From: Camelus dromedarius
Lineage: Eukaryota
Assembly (NCBI RefSeq): GCF_036321535.1
Contig: NC_087437.1
Span: 38,008,001 to 38,072,000, forward strand
Length of the DNA stretch: 64,000 nt
Direction of reading: 5' to 3'
This document shows, in pieces, positions 1-12,412 of this stretch (position 1 is the first letter of the stretch; every line of letters starts with the position of its first letter). The translations under genes and the position numbers were made by a program. The notes beneath the pieces were generated by a model that was given only the letters and a program-made list of their open reading frames with translations, was not told where the DNA came from and made no database searches.

Positions 1-1314
1 AAATTTTAAGATAAGAATATGCCCATGCTATTTAAAATGTTTCACAATGTAAAAATAGAAAAGAAAATTTAAATCTCTTAAAATAAAACACACACACATC
101 TGTATCTAACCATAATTTTAAATAAAATGAGAAAAAAGGAAAACATTGATTTGCAATTGGCACAATTATGAGTTAATTGAGCGAAGTTTGTGTAGAAGAA
201 TAGAATGCTTAAAAGCTCCAAGGTGAAAGGAAGCATGTATTAGAGTGTACATTAAAAACGAGTGTTACTGTAGCAAAGACAGTAAGGATGGATAACTGAT
301 GGAGGAATAGGCAGAAAGTAGAAAATGCAAAATCTGGTCTTGTTTAGAAAGTTGTCATTAACTACAATAGGATGGCATTAGAGAGTTGTGAGCAGTGGAA
401 AGAACGGATCAGATGTGTTCAATTATGAAATACATTCAATTATAATAATTTCACCAATTTTGCAATCTTAAAGATTCCTCTTGGTGTCTAATTATGGGTG
501 ACAGAGAAAATGTGTACTTGCTCATAATGAGGAATCTGATAATGAACCTTGAGATTTAAGTTACACATGGAACAGGTGATAATTTGTAATGTATAATTTC
601 ATAGACAAATAGAAACTACTTACCTAAAGCACATTACTTCATATATTTATCAAAACCTGTGATGTGTTCAGCAAGGCACACATATTAATGATATCCTCTT
701 ATTCCTCCAATCCCCCTACCCAATATGGCTTAGAAAAGGCAACATTTGTTTTCAATTTATACTAAAGAGCAGAAGACTATAAAAAGCCTTTAGACTGTTT
801 TATCCAGGTCATTTTTGTAGTTAGTTTTTCAAACTTTTCTTTTAAAGGTCTGATCCTTTCTTACTTTTCCAGGCTTATCTTTTGTCCTTTTATCCTTGAT
901 ACACCATGGTCTCCTGCTACAGCAATACGACCTTTTTCTCTTCTGCAGGAATTTGCATGTCAATTATACTTTATATATTGTGAGTTGTTTGGAGTCAAGA
1001 GATGATAACTTTTTATCCTATGAGTATTTATGAGATATATGTCCAGCATATTTATTTCTCAGAGACTATGCTACATACCAGCAACAAAAAGATATTAAGA
1101 TCGAGTTTTGTCTTGGTTCTAGTAGTATTGTTCTATAGCAAGTGCTAAATACATATTTTTGACTGTGTTGTTAATCACCATATAACTACTTTTTGAGTGA
1201 ATTTAATCTCAGTTTACTTTTTGATATTTTAAGCTTAAGTTTGAATAAATAGAGCTTTATTCCCAGACAAAAATTCATTTGACATCCCTTTCTTATCAGG
1301 AAATATCTCTACCT

Positions 1315-1860
1315 ATAGTAGGCAGAATGTTGTCTTCATGACCTTTGCCCCTGCTGTCACACCAGTGACAATGGTGCATTACATGGCAAAACAGACACTG
1401 AAGACATAATTAAGGTTACTAATCAGTTGACTTCAAGATAGAAAGATTATTTGGGATTATTCAGGTAGCACAATGCAATCACATGAGCCCTTAAATGCAG
1501 AAAAGGAAGTCAGATAGATGTGAATAAAGGGTAAATCCGAGATTTGAATCATGAGAAAGACTCCACCTGCTGTGGCTGGCTTGCAGATGGAGGGAACCAC
1601 ATGGTAAACATAAGAAGGAAGTAAATTCTGCCAATAACTGATAATCTTGAAAAGCAACCCCAAACCCTAGATTGAATTGCAGCCCTGCTGACGCTTTGAT
1701 CTTGGCCTTGTAATACACTGAACAGAAATTCCATCTAGGCCATGCCAGGTTTTTGACTTACCAAAACTGTGAGATGATAAATGAATGGTTATATTTAACC
1801 ATTATATAACATAAACTGTTGTATTTGTGACTTGTTATGTAAAAATAGAAATCTAATATA
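1315..1860 (+). mobile_element. MaLR solo LTR, MLT1D/E-like
   Basis: Recognisable MLT1 motifs: 'ttacatggcaaaa...taattaaggttactaatcagttgacttcaagatagaaagattat', 'ggctggcttgcagatggagg', 'cagccctgctgacgctttgatcttggccttg', and end 'ttgttatgtaaaaatagaaatctaata'. Subfamily is from memory. Confidence 0.8.
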
Positions 1861-2849
1861 CTGTCTAAAAGGATGTTCATTACTATTATGGTTTTAATTC
1901 CTGAGACAACACTTCAGTGTGAAGAGATTCAACCACATGGAAGAATCATAAATGTAATTAAATGTAATTGTGTTTAATTTGATGAATTATAATTATGACA
2001 CCATTTTTACTTTTAGCGAAAACATAGTCAATGTATGGACAGTATACAGATTTACATCTGTTTCCATAGAGATTTTGTGTTATAGTAGAAAAAGCCCTGG
2101 AAGAGCAATCAAAATAGCTGTTTTCAAATCCAATAGTTTCCGTAATTGCACAGTTATTAGGTTTTATAATCAGTGTAGCTTTCTCAAAAAGGTAAATGGA
2201 TCAATGGATAGGGAGATTGATAGATAGTGAACAGTCTATGTATTTAGATTTTTGAAAGTTATTGTATCTTAAGGAAGATTTAGAATGTATTTAGAAAACT
2301 CTTCTTTCTGCATAAATGATTCCAGAGGGTTAATATCATTACAGGTGTCTCAACTCATTAAATGCCACTGTGTAACTTATATACTTTTTTAAAGCAAACT
2401 TGCTCAAGCAGCAAATTCAAAGTGACAAGACTCTTTTTATCATATATGTGGCATTATTAATTTTGCAGCCTCTCCAGGAGATGCGAAAAATAGTATGTCA
2501 TTAAGTCATAGATGTACACAGTTTTCTAAGGTCTAGATACTCACAAGTCTAAACTCACAAAGAAAAGATAAAGGAATTCAAAAGCTTATTAATATAAATA
2601 ATGGAATGACCAAAACATATATTGCCTTAGGCAATACAGTTATTGGTTAATAACTCCTTATTACATCATCATCTTTTTATTTTAGCACTTCATTTCTTAT
2701 CCTTTGATCTGATAACTCCTTTTTACACTCTAGACCCGTGTGTTATTTTTCTGGCCAGAAATCTGACCCAGTAATAATTCAACATAATTAATCTAAACTT
2801 AAAGGTCTTCACTAAATCTTTATTAATACTGAATTTTAAAAGTTTAAGA

Positions 2850-3859
2850 TTTTTTTTTCTTTTTCAATGACTTTCAATATATGCCTATGTGCCTATGTCT
2901 TCAAGCACACCGATCCTTTCTTCTGTGGCATCTAATCTACTATTAATACCAGCCAGTGTGTTATTTATTTTGAATATTGTTTTGCACCTCTAAAAGTTTT
3001 ATGATCTTTTTTTTAAAAAGCTTTGGTCTTTTTTTGCTATTTTCTTGTTCTCTTCTCATCATCTTCGTTGTTTTGTTTATATTCTGAGCATTTGGGACAT
3101 GTACATTAGCTATTATAATACATGTGTCTGCTAATATGCTCATCTCTGTTATTTCTGCATCTTTCTTTTGATTCATTTTTCTGCTGGTTATAGGCCATAT
3201 TTTTTTCCTGCTTCATTGCATACCTAGTAATTTTGTACTGGATCTAGGAAGTGATGAATTTAACATTGTTGGATGATAGATTTTGTTTTATATAGACTTG
3301 GATTTTTCTCTAGCATGCAGGTAAGTTATTTGCAGAAGATTTGAGACTTTGGGGATGGCTATTAAGTGCTGTGAGGGTGAACTCAGAGAAGTCTTTGGTG
3401 TGCAGCTGATTTGGCCCAACTTCTAAAGTGATACCTATCCTTGGGACTATCCCTGATGCCGCATATATTTAAATGTTTCTCTGCTTTTGGCATTGTTTGA
3501 GCTCTAAGATTTGTTTAGAGTGGTGTTACCCCAACCACCTTATGGAATGTCACCCTACTCAGGTGCAGACTAGTAATAAGGTAAATATTCAAGAAGACCT
3601 CTCTGTAGTCCTCTGAGATTCTCTCTGTGCTGGTCTCCTCTCTGGTTTTCTTCCCAGCACAGTTGATCCTGCTCTGCTTCTTTTCACCCTGACTTCTGGT
3701 TCTTCAGCTCATTGAGATTACTTGACGTTGTTTGGTTTCTCTTTCTCTGCACCACATAAACTGACTTCAGGAAGTAACCTATGTCAAGCAGAAGTCTGGC
3801 TTATTTGTTTCCTTCCTCTCAAGGATCATAGTCCTCTTCTGGCTGTTTCCTGATGTCTA

Positions 3860-3894
<35 letters not shown>

Positions 3895-3960
3895 GAGGTA
3901 TATATGTTTTTCTAGTTGTTTATTGCAGCAGGGCCATTCTCAGAGCGGTGCTTTAACGGC
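2850..3960 (-). mobile_element. Old L1 (L1ME/L1MC-like) 5'/ORF1 fragment
   Basis: T-rich degenerate L1 antisense text such as 'tcttctgtggcatctaatctactattaataccagccagtgtgtt' and 'ttttcctgcttcattgcatacctagtaattttgtactgga'. Boundaries are approximate. Confidence 0.6.
3861..3893. repeat. (TG)16 microsatellite
   Basis: Perfect TG dinucleotide run read directly. Confidence 0.97.
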
Positions 3961-4299
3961 AGGAGTGGAAATACCCTTGAAGTCATTTTAAAATGATATC
4001 TTTTTCTATTTCTTTCACGGAAAGTGTTCAGAAATAATGATATATCATGAACACAAAGATACTCGGTACCCAGATCTTTGCTTTAAAATCCTATTAATTG
4101 CTGAAATGAACCAAAACCCTTTATGGCTGATTTCCAATTTCCCATTGACTAATTTTAGACATGGGATAGGGAAAGTAAGAGATGAGGCTGGACATTCTTG
4201 TTACACTAGAAAGTTTGTAAAAAAAGAAATGCTAAAAAAAGAGGAAAATATGTCAAAAGTTCATAGATACCTGAATAGCTCATATAGACAGCATTTGGG

Positions 4300-5713
4300 A
4301 AACACTTCAGGAATAGCAGTGAAACACAGGTGGGCTAGTGATTTACAGTAAAGGTCTTTCTCAAAATGCAGCGCTCCATTGTAGGACTAATTGAGTAAAT
4401 ATAGATTTATCCTAACAAAGCCTAAGACAAAAGCCTTCACAAGATAAAGAAGATCCACCAATAATTTAACCGCCAGGTAGAAAACTTTAATACTCTTCTG
4501 ATGAAGATAACAAAATCAAGGTTTCCTGCAATATATCGTCTATAATGCTTTGTATATAACTGAAACTTTTTAGCCATGTGAAGAAGCAGGAAAATGGAAT
4601 CCACAGTCAAGGAGAATGCAAGTGAACAGAAAAAGATACTCAGATGGCACATTTGTTGGAAGTAGCAGACAAGGGTTTCAAAATAACTGTTATATATATA
4701 TGTTAAATAATTTACAAAAGATGAATAGAATGGTGAAGAGAGAAGGAATTGCAGGACAAATATGAAGTAGCCTTAAAAAGTAACCCCCAAAAATCTTAGA
4801 ATTAAAAAGATACAATATTTGAAATAAAATTATTGGATGGGAATAATAGCAGGTTGGACACTACAGAGAAAAGAATCGTTGTACTTGAAGACCAGTAAAT
4901 AGAAACTATCTAATCTCATCTGAAGCACACATAGAAAAAAAGAAAAGAAAAGAAAAAAAAGATTGCAAATTAAGCAGAGCCACAATGCCCTAGGCGAGAG
5001 ACGATAACAGTCAGTCTAAAATACATGTATTTGGTGTCCCAGGAGAAGGAGAGAAAATGGGAAAGAAAAATATTAACACTGGTTAAAATTTGAAAAGCTT
5101 TTTAAAACATCAATCCACAGAGCCAAGAAGAAAGGAAATCCCAAGCTGGAGAAATACAATAAAAACCTTACGAGGTTGCAGCATAGTTGAACTACTAAAA
5201 ATAAAGAGAACATCTTGAAAGCAACCAGTAAAAAAAAATTAATAGAAAAAAGGGAGAGAGAGAGGAAGAAACAATAAACAGGACAGCTAATTTTCAGCAG
5301 AAGTAATGGAGAGCAGAAGGCAATGAAATGACATCTTAAAGGTGCTCAAAAAAACAAAGCACATTTGCCTAGAATTTTATATACAGTGAAGGTGTTCTTC
5401 CAAAATGAAGGCAAAATAGAAACACTTTCAGATAAACAAAACTCAAGAGAATCAGTCACCAACAGAGCAGCATTGCCAGCATCACTACAGGAAGTGAATC
5501 CATCTGAAGAAAATGCAACTGGAGATGATGCTTGCCTTATGTGAAGTGGTACAGTATCAGTCCAAGGTAGATGAAGAGTCAAGGAAGCATATTATAATCC
5601 CTAAAATAACTACTAGAAAACCAACTGAAAGAGTGAATAATAAAATGCTACATAGGAGATAAAATGGAATACTAAAAACAGCCCAATATTTTAATTATTT
5701 TAACAGAAGGTAG
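4300..5713 (+). mobile_element. Old L1 (L1M) ORF1 and inter-ORF segment, left part of the element interrupted by the PMM2 retrocopy
   Basis: Degenerate ORF1 C-terminal motifs 'cagaaggcaatgaaatgacatcttaaaggtgct', 'cctagaattttatatacagtgaaggtgttcttccaaaatgaaggcaaaatag' and 'tttcagataaacaaaactcaagagaa'. A-rich sense strand. Left boundary is approximate. Confidence 0.8.
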
Positions 5714-8160
5714 GAGTAGGGGGCAGAAACTGAGGACTTGAGGGTCTTGACCCAGTGTTCTGCCTCTTTGTTGTGGACTGGACCCTGCTGGCCCCGTGGC
5801 AGAAAATCACTAGAGAAATAAATGGCATTCTACAAAAACTGAAGCAGAAGATCAAAATCTGTGTGGTAGGTGGGTTGAACTTTGAGAAAGTGAAGGAGAC
5901 ATTGGGAAATGATGTGGTTAAAAAATATGATTATGTGTTTCCAGGAGATGGCTTGGTAACATACAAAGATGAGAAACTCTCATGGAAACAGAATATTCAA
6001 GGTCATCTTGGTGAGGCCCTAATCCAAGATTCAATCAACTACTGTCTGGGCTGCACTGCAGAAATCAGACCCCTGAAGAAGATGGATGAGTTCTGTCATT
6101 GGAATTCTAAATGTTAGGTTAAATATGTCTGCTATTAGAAGAAGCGGCAGCCCAAAAGAACACATGGGGTTCTATGAAGACCATAAGAATAGACAGAAAT
6201 GTGTAGATCTATGGGAAGAGTCTGCAAATAAAGGCCTCACATTTTCTGTAGAAGGCAAGATCAGCTCTAATGTCTTTCCTGATGGATAAGACAAGAGATA
6301 TTGCCTGGGACATGTGGAAAATTATGGTTATAAGACCATTTCTCACTTTAGAGACAAAACAATGGCTGGTGAGAATGACCATGAGATCCTCACAGACCTG
6401 AGACTTGCAGGTCATGCCAAGTCTGTCCCTGAGAACACAGCAAGATCTGTGATGAGCTCTTGTCCTAATAGTCCTTTCCCTGGTGGAAAGGAGAGGGAGT
6501 CCCAGCTAGTGAGCCTGACAGGGTCATTCAGTGGCCACGTCCAAGGTTGCTCCTTCACGTGCCCACCCACCCCAGGCCAGGTCAGGTTCTCCACAGGGTT
6601 CAATCATAATGTATGGTCCTGACAGTGATACCCTCACTCAGCAGGGAAATCACTGTCTACCCACAAACATGTGATGCCCTCCACCTCCAATGCCAGAAGA
6701 ATCCAGAAGAGAGAAGGCAGGACTTGTCGAGAATGGCTCAAAGGAATAGCTCCACCAATAAGATTCTATCCCCTAACTCCATATGTGCAATCAGAGTATG
6801 CATTTTTTTTTTGGAAAACTTCCTCTCGTTCTAGAAAGATACAGAACAAATGTGCCTGGATCCTCCCTCTTTGTGCCTCTTGTGATAAATGTAACAGATA
6901 CTTATGTTTAAACCCCCCGCATCAATAACAAAATGGGGATTTGTGATGAGAAAAAATGGCAGGACTTTTACAGCAATTCAACTTTGGGGCACAAGTTTAA
7001 AAATTCCTTCCTGAAATGAAGCTGCACCCTGAGTGTCAGCTTGATGGGACTTTTCAACCAAAGGGACTGTGATCTTGAGGGCAGTATTAAGCTAAATGAC
7101 TGGGTGCACTCTTTGTTTTCCAATCTTGTCTCCTGTTTGTGAGATGCATACCTCAGCATGCCTGCTGACAGATGACTGGCAAAGTGAAAACTGACCCCAA
7201 GCCATTTGCACTTAGCTGTCCTAGAAGGCAAGTCAGCTCTGTATTCACTCTACCTTGAATAGCCTGGTTCGTTCTCTGTAAACATGGAGATGGGAGGAAA
7301 TAGGAACCAAACCCCTGGTGGAAAATTGGTTCCAGCAGAACTTCCTTTGGATGCATCTTCTGATCCCAAGTCTGGAGAAACTAACTTATAATGTTCAGTT
7401 TCACCAAAAGAATCTTCTTATTGGACCTGGCTGCCTTCCCAAAGGCATTTTTGACCTCTACTTTCTCAAGTAAGAGCCTGGATAATTAATAGGAATAGGA
7501 GCTGCCCTTTATCTCTCTGTAAACCTTTTAATAAAAGGAGTCCACCCAAGCCCTCCCCTAGCCTTTGACGCCAGGGTGCGAGCAGCTCTGGTTGGGACCC
7601 TCACTGCTCCCTTACACAATCTGCAAGTTCTCTGTAGAACTGGAAGGAAGCTGAAGGCCCAGGTCTAGAGCACAGTTGAAGAGAGCTTCCTGGGTAATGG
7701 TGCACATGTCATTTTTCAGTATTTGGACATGTTGGATCCATAACCCCTTCAAAGATAGGTGCTGGGGTCCAGCTTCAGTCCACAGTGTGGCCTCTGCTCA
7801 GGGTAACCTACCTGAATCCTGGACCTGGGGAGCCCTGTGCTCTGCAGCCCCTGCCTCCCAGACCCTAGCCAGTTTCTTTCATCACAGAAAAAACTGGTTC
7901 CCTCCAAACACTCTGGTCACTCAGTCTTCTCTTAGCTCAGGATTGGGTTGGGGGAAGAAGGAAGAAACACCAGCCTATGAAATCCCCCCACTCAACCACT
8001 CCGTTTACCACACATGGGATGATTGTTTTGCAGTGATTCTCAGGCAAGACCATCCTGTTGTATCTTTGTGGAATTTTATAAATGATACTGCAATGACACT
8101 TCAAAATGAAAAGTAACAAATTAAAGTGATTTTGTTGTTTCCTAAAAAACAAAATAAAAT
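5714..8160 (+). pseudogene. PMM2: Processed pseudogene of phosphomannomutase 2 (CDS remnant ~5738-6468, 3'UTR to ~8143, poly(A) remnant ~8144-8160)
   Basis: Three consecutive ORFs (5755-6117, 6086-6289, 6314-) align collinearly with PMM2: [75 protein letters not shown]. No introns. Start ATG is mutated to TTG (5738-5740). Frameshifts at ~5745, ~6085 and ~6438. Trp codon is changed to TAA at 6287-6289. The native stop TAA is at 6466-6468. ATTAAA at 8120-8125 precedes the A-rich tail. Confidence 0.95.
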
Positions 8161-8640
8161 AAAAGAAGGCAGTGAAGGATGAACAATGGGACCAAGAACA
8201 GATGATGAAAAATAGAAGACAAATAACAAGAAAGTATAATTAAATGCAAAATATCAATAATTATGTGACATATAACTGGACTTAATGCTCCTACTGAGTC
8301 AGAGATTGTCAAATTGGATAAATAAGCAAAACTCGATCTATGTGCAGTTTACAAGGCATGAATTTTAAATATAAGAAAGTTGAAAGTAAAAACATCAGAA
8401 GAGATGCTATGTAAACACAGCAAAAGAGAAATGATACGACTGTACTTAAAGTAGACTTCACGACACGTGGTATTTCCAATTATAATGAATATGCATAAAG
8501 GTAGGCGATTCAATTTAACAAGAGGATCTAAAAATATTGAATTGTATGTACCTAATAACAGAGCTCAACAAAACATAAATAATAACTGTGAAAACTAAAG
8601 AAAGAACTGGAGAAATCCGTCATTACTGTTGCACATACTG
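8161..8640 (+). mobile_element. Old L1 continuation (start of ORF2 endonuclease region), right part of the interrupted element
   Basis: 'atatcaataatta...tataactggacttaatgctccta...cagagattgtcaaattggataaataagcaaaa', 'aaagtagacttca' and 'tgtatgtacctaataacagagc' are degenerate L1 EN-coding motifs that resume the element left at 5713. Confidence 0.8.
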
Positions 8641-9148
8641 TAGGGTTTTTATTTATATGCATTTCTAGAACATAAAGTACTAATCTAAACTAAGGGAAAT
8701 TTCACTAATGGTTGATTTTGGTGGAGTTTTGATTGTAAAGGGAGTAAAGATATGTTCTCAGGGTGATGAGGACACTTTTTTACTTGTTCAGGCTGGTGGT
8801 TTCACAGGCGTACACATTTGTCAAACTCCTCAAGTTAAACACCGAAATCTGTCCATTTTATTGCATGTAAATTCTTTCTCAGCAAAACCTCAAACCACTG
8901 CCCACTATTCCTCATAATGCCCTTTTGTCACTTGCCACATTTAATATTGGATTTTCTACACGTTTGTATGTATTATTTCCCTCGCTGGAATTATAAAGTT
9001 CTGCCTGAATTATTTATTTACCTTTGCTATTTTTCAGCATTTTTCCCAATTTGGGTAATCAGTAAATACCAACTGAGCATATGGAAATGAACTGTAAATA
9101 TTGCATTCAACATTTTAAATAGGATTAAGTTTATTTTATACTGTAGAA

Positions 9149-9340
9149 CACAGGTTGGCAAAGGATGCCCTGTGGGCTAAATTTGGCCCATGGCTTGTTT
9201 TTGTGTGGACCACAACCTAGGAATGGTATTTACATTGCAAATGAAAAAAATCAAAAGAAGTAAATACTATGTGACAAATGAAAAAATATATGAAATTCGA
9301 ACTTCAGAAAACATAAATGAAGTTATTTATTATAACACAG
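9149..9340 (+). mobile_element. hAT-Charlie MITE, MER58B-like (partial)
   Basis: 'caggttggcaaa...ctgtgggctaaatttggcccatggcttgtttttgt...gaatggtatttacatt...aaaaaatcaaaagaag' matches the recalled MER58B consensus. Confidence 0.75.
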
Positions 9341-9490
9341 GAGTGTTAAAAAGATGAGAAAAGACATACCACGCAAACACTGAGCATGATAAAGCTGAGA
9401 CAGTTTTACTAGCATCAGATAAAGGAGGCTTCCAGGGCACAGAGTATTGCCAGATATAACTGAGGAGAATTCACAAAGGTAAAACTTGAC
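9341..9490 (+). mobile_element. Short L1 ORF2 endonuclease-region fragment
   Basis: 'aaaagatgagaaaagacataccacgcaaacact...aaagctgagacagttttactagcatcagataaaggaggcttc' is the degenerate WKKIYHAN...AILISDK region. Confidence 0.65.
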
Positions 9491-10384
9491 ATGGACATTT
9501 TAACTGGGCTGACAGAGAGCCCAGGAATCTGAATTGCACCAAGCCCTCAGGCCCTTTCTAACAAAACCTGCTGTAGAGTAATTGAGATAACAAAAGAATT
9601 CTTAGGTCGTGAGCCATACAAATAATCCGCTATTTCACAAGACACAAAGTAGCAGATGGGGTCACACAACAGGTTTAGTAAGAGGAATACGGGTGATTGT
9701 GCAGGCTGCAGGCTGGACGCGATCCGGAAGGCTGTGAGACAAAGAGAGAACTGGTTTCTGCCTGCACGCTTTCAGCAGCTTTGCAAAGATGAGATTTATA
9801 AATACTTTATAAATTAAAGAAATTAACTACAGCATCGCTAAACTGAAAGTACCACCTACACGACTTGCACCGTTTTCTATTAATAGTGAGTGAAGCATTA
9901 GCTGCCAAGGCCTTGGGATAAATTATTATGGAATTAGAGCTTGCCGAGATGAATTACTGCCTCTCATATGCACATTACTTGTAGCAAGAAAATACCATAT
10001 TTGGAGTCAATCTCTTGTAGAGTCCAAAAGCTACACACAGTTACAATGACATAAGAGCTTTGACTGACAGCCTTATTAATGTTTTATAGAAACGAGGTGG
10101 AGAAGATAAAATGGATAATAATTTAAATGAATATGAGATGGTTCTTCAGTATTTCTTAATCTTTTTGGCCTCTCAGCTACTTCTAATAGTACAAGAAGGC
10201 ATTCCTTGTTTTTAAAGAAACACACTATTCTATAGCATTACTTATTAAGGAGGGAATAAATTCAATATTAATCACTGAAATGATTATAGTTAGAAAATTT
10301 TGAGGTCCATGTTTAATCAGTTGTGATATGTCTGTGCAATGTGGATGGAAGGGGGTTTCTGGTCAGGATCATCTACCTATAATT

Positions 10385-10800
10385 AATATCATAATTATAA
10401 CTCTTACTGGCAAATACAGACCCATTGGGAATTGCTTAATCAATAAGATTTATTACCAGAATCGAATATAAGGGTAATTCACAGGTCACAAAGGCCTAAT
10501 GTGGCCAGGCCTCAGGGGAAAAAACTGGAACCGTCAATATGATTGTTATTAGGACTTTGTCTACAATGGTCACTTTGGGCTGTTTCCTTGTTCAGTCTTG
10601 CTGCTGACCAGCCTCCTCCCATAGCTGAAAATGGCTGCCCTTCACTTTCCAGTTTAGAATCCGCACTGTAGAGGAATGCCATGAAGGAGATTAAATGCCT
10701 GGCTTCCTTGCTAAAAAGCTAGTTGGCCCAGGTGGTGTTAGTAAGTACCTCTCCTAGTCTAACCACAACAGATCCTGCAGCCCCGCAACTGGGTCCAGAG
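10385..10800 (-). mobile_element. Ancient MaLR LTR remnant (MLT1J/K/L-like)
   Basis: Degenerate motifs 'ggcaaatacagaccca...tgcttaatcaataagatttatt' and 'aaaatggctgcc'. Highly diverged. Confidence 0.4.
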
Positions 10801-11109
10801 AAAGAGGTCTCACTGTTCTAATCTGACTAGTGCTCACTAGTCAGACCAGAGAATATAGTAATAGGGCCAAGTTGACAAAATATCGTTTGTTTAAAAAACT
10901 TCCTCATCCATAAAAACAATGTCTGATTTTCATGTATTGCCCTCAACCCACCAACCTGGGAAAATACTGAGAAAATAACAATAAGAAGTTGAGCTTCAGG
11001 AATCCATACCCTTTTAAAATTAACGTCTAAATGCATTTGTCAGAATTCACTGAAAGGACGCTAGCGGTTTATGCATATAATTATACATAAATTTTACCTC
11101 AGCAATAGC

Positions 11110-11635
11110 AAAAAACACAGGAAATAAATATTGAACTCCGGTTAATAACATGCATGTTGAGGTATTTGTGGGAATATACTGATGTCTGAAACTTTGTCTG
11201 AAATGCATCAAAAATAACACACATGAGGGGGGTGGAGGGTGGGAAGGGATAGACTGGGATTTCAAAATTGTAGAATAGACTACACTGTATAGCACAGGGA
11301 AATATACACAAAATGTTATGATAACTCACAGAGAAAAAAATGTGACAATGAGTGTGTATATGTCCATGAATAACTGAAAAATTGTGCTGAACACTGGAAT
11401 TTGACACAACATTGTAAAATGATTATAAATCAATAAAAAATGTTAAAAAAAATAATACACATGAATCGATGGTTAAAGGTGTAGATGAACACAGATGATG
11501 AGAGATGGGATAAAGCAAATACAGTGAAATGTTAATTGCAGCGCTGATATAGTGTATATATGAGTTTTTTCAGTAAAATTCTTTCTACTTTTATGCATGT
11601 TTGAAAATTATCCCAATGAAATGTTGGGGGGAAAA
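11110..11635 (+). mobile_element. Old L1ME 3'-end fragment, interrupted by a younger L1
   Basis: 'catgcatgttgaggtatttg...gatgtctgaaactt...aaatgcatcaaaaa' continues after 11464 with 'gataaagcaaatacagtgaaatgttaattg...aaaattctttctacttttatgcatgtttgaaaatt'. Confidence 0.65.
11227..11448 (+). mobile_element. Young 5'-truncated L1 3' end (camelid/artiodactyl type) with TSD
   Basis: G-rich tract, 'ctgtatagcacagggaaatatacacaa', 'ttgacacaacattgtaaaatgattataaatcaataaaaaatgttaaaaaa'. TSD aaaataacacacatga (11211-11226) / aaaataatacacatga (11449-11464), 15/16 identical. Confidence 0.9.
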
Positions 11636-12314
11636 AACCAAATGAATCAGCACCTCCTCCCATGAAGAATGCATTCTCAGTTAGTATTTCTATGCACTTG
11701 AGAAGCTAGAAGAATCTCTATTCCTACCACTTTAGATAGTATTTTACATTGCTTTAAATGATTTACTAATTACAGTGGGTCATCTTAAATATTCTTTTCA
11801 AGTTTTTAGTTCCACGATGAATAGTTATACATTATAAAACATAAAACAGCAAAATCTGAAGATATAAATTACCCGTATACTCACTACTCACAGACATTTG
11901 GTGTATGTTCTTCTAGAATTTGCGTTAATAAATGCTCTTTTAAAAGTTGGAGAGACAAAATCAAATATATGGGAAGCATGTATTATCTTTGTCATTTAAT
12001 AGATCTGACCAGAAACCTTGCTTCTTAAAATCCAAATTTATCATTTCCCACCTGAACCTTATCATGACAAGTATTTGTTTTTATCCTTCAGATTTCTCAT
12101 TGACCTATTCCATGGGTGTTTTATGTTCTATTGATTTTCTCAGCTAGTACAGTATTATACATGTACTTCACAATACAATATTATTGGATTGTACTGTCTC
12201 AATAGCTTAGGGACTGAGATGTTTATCAAGCACTGCCTAATAGGCAGCACTATGAATTGTGACCAGAAAAATAATATGAAAGAAATAAAACTTATTTTAC
12301 AAAATATTAAACAG

Positions 12315-12412
12315 AAGATTGCCAACATGGCGGAGTAGAAGGACGCATAGCTCATCCTTTCCCACAAATATACCCAAAATTACAGCTTCAGACCCATCAA
12401 TTTGCACAGGAA
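12315..12412 (+). mobile_element. Isolated L1 5'-terminal fragment (tailless) with 14-bp TSD
   Basis: 'ccaacatggcggagtagaaggacgcatagctcatcctttcccacaaata' resembles laurasiatherian L1 5' termini, with a YY1 core. Flanked by the perfect repeat aaaatattaaacag at 12301-12314 and 12413-12426. Confidence 0.8.

Noticed and set aside
7676..8116. 146-aa ORF, the longest in the window
   Set aside because: It lies in the 3'UTR of the PMM2 retrocopy, starts at TTG and has no recognisable domain.
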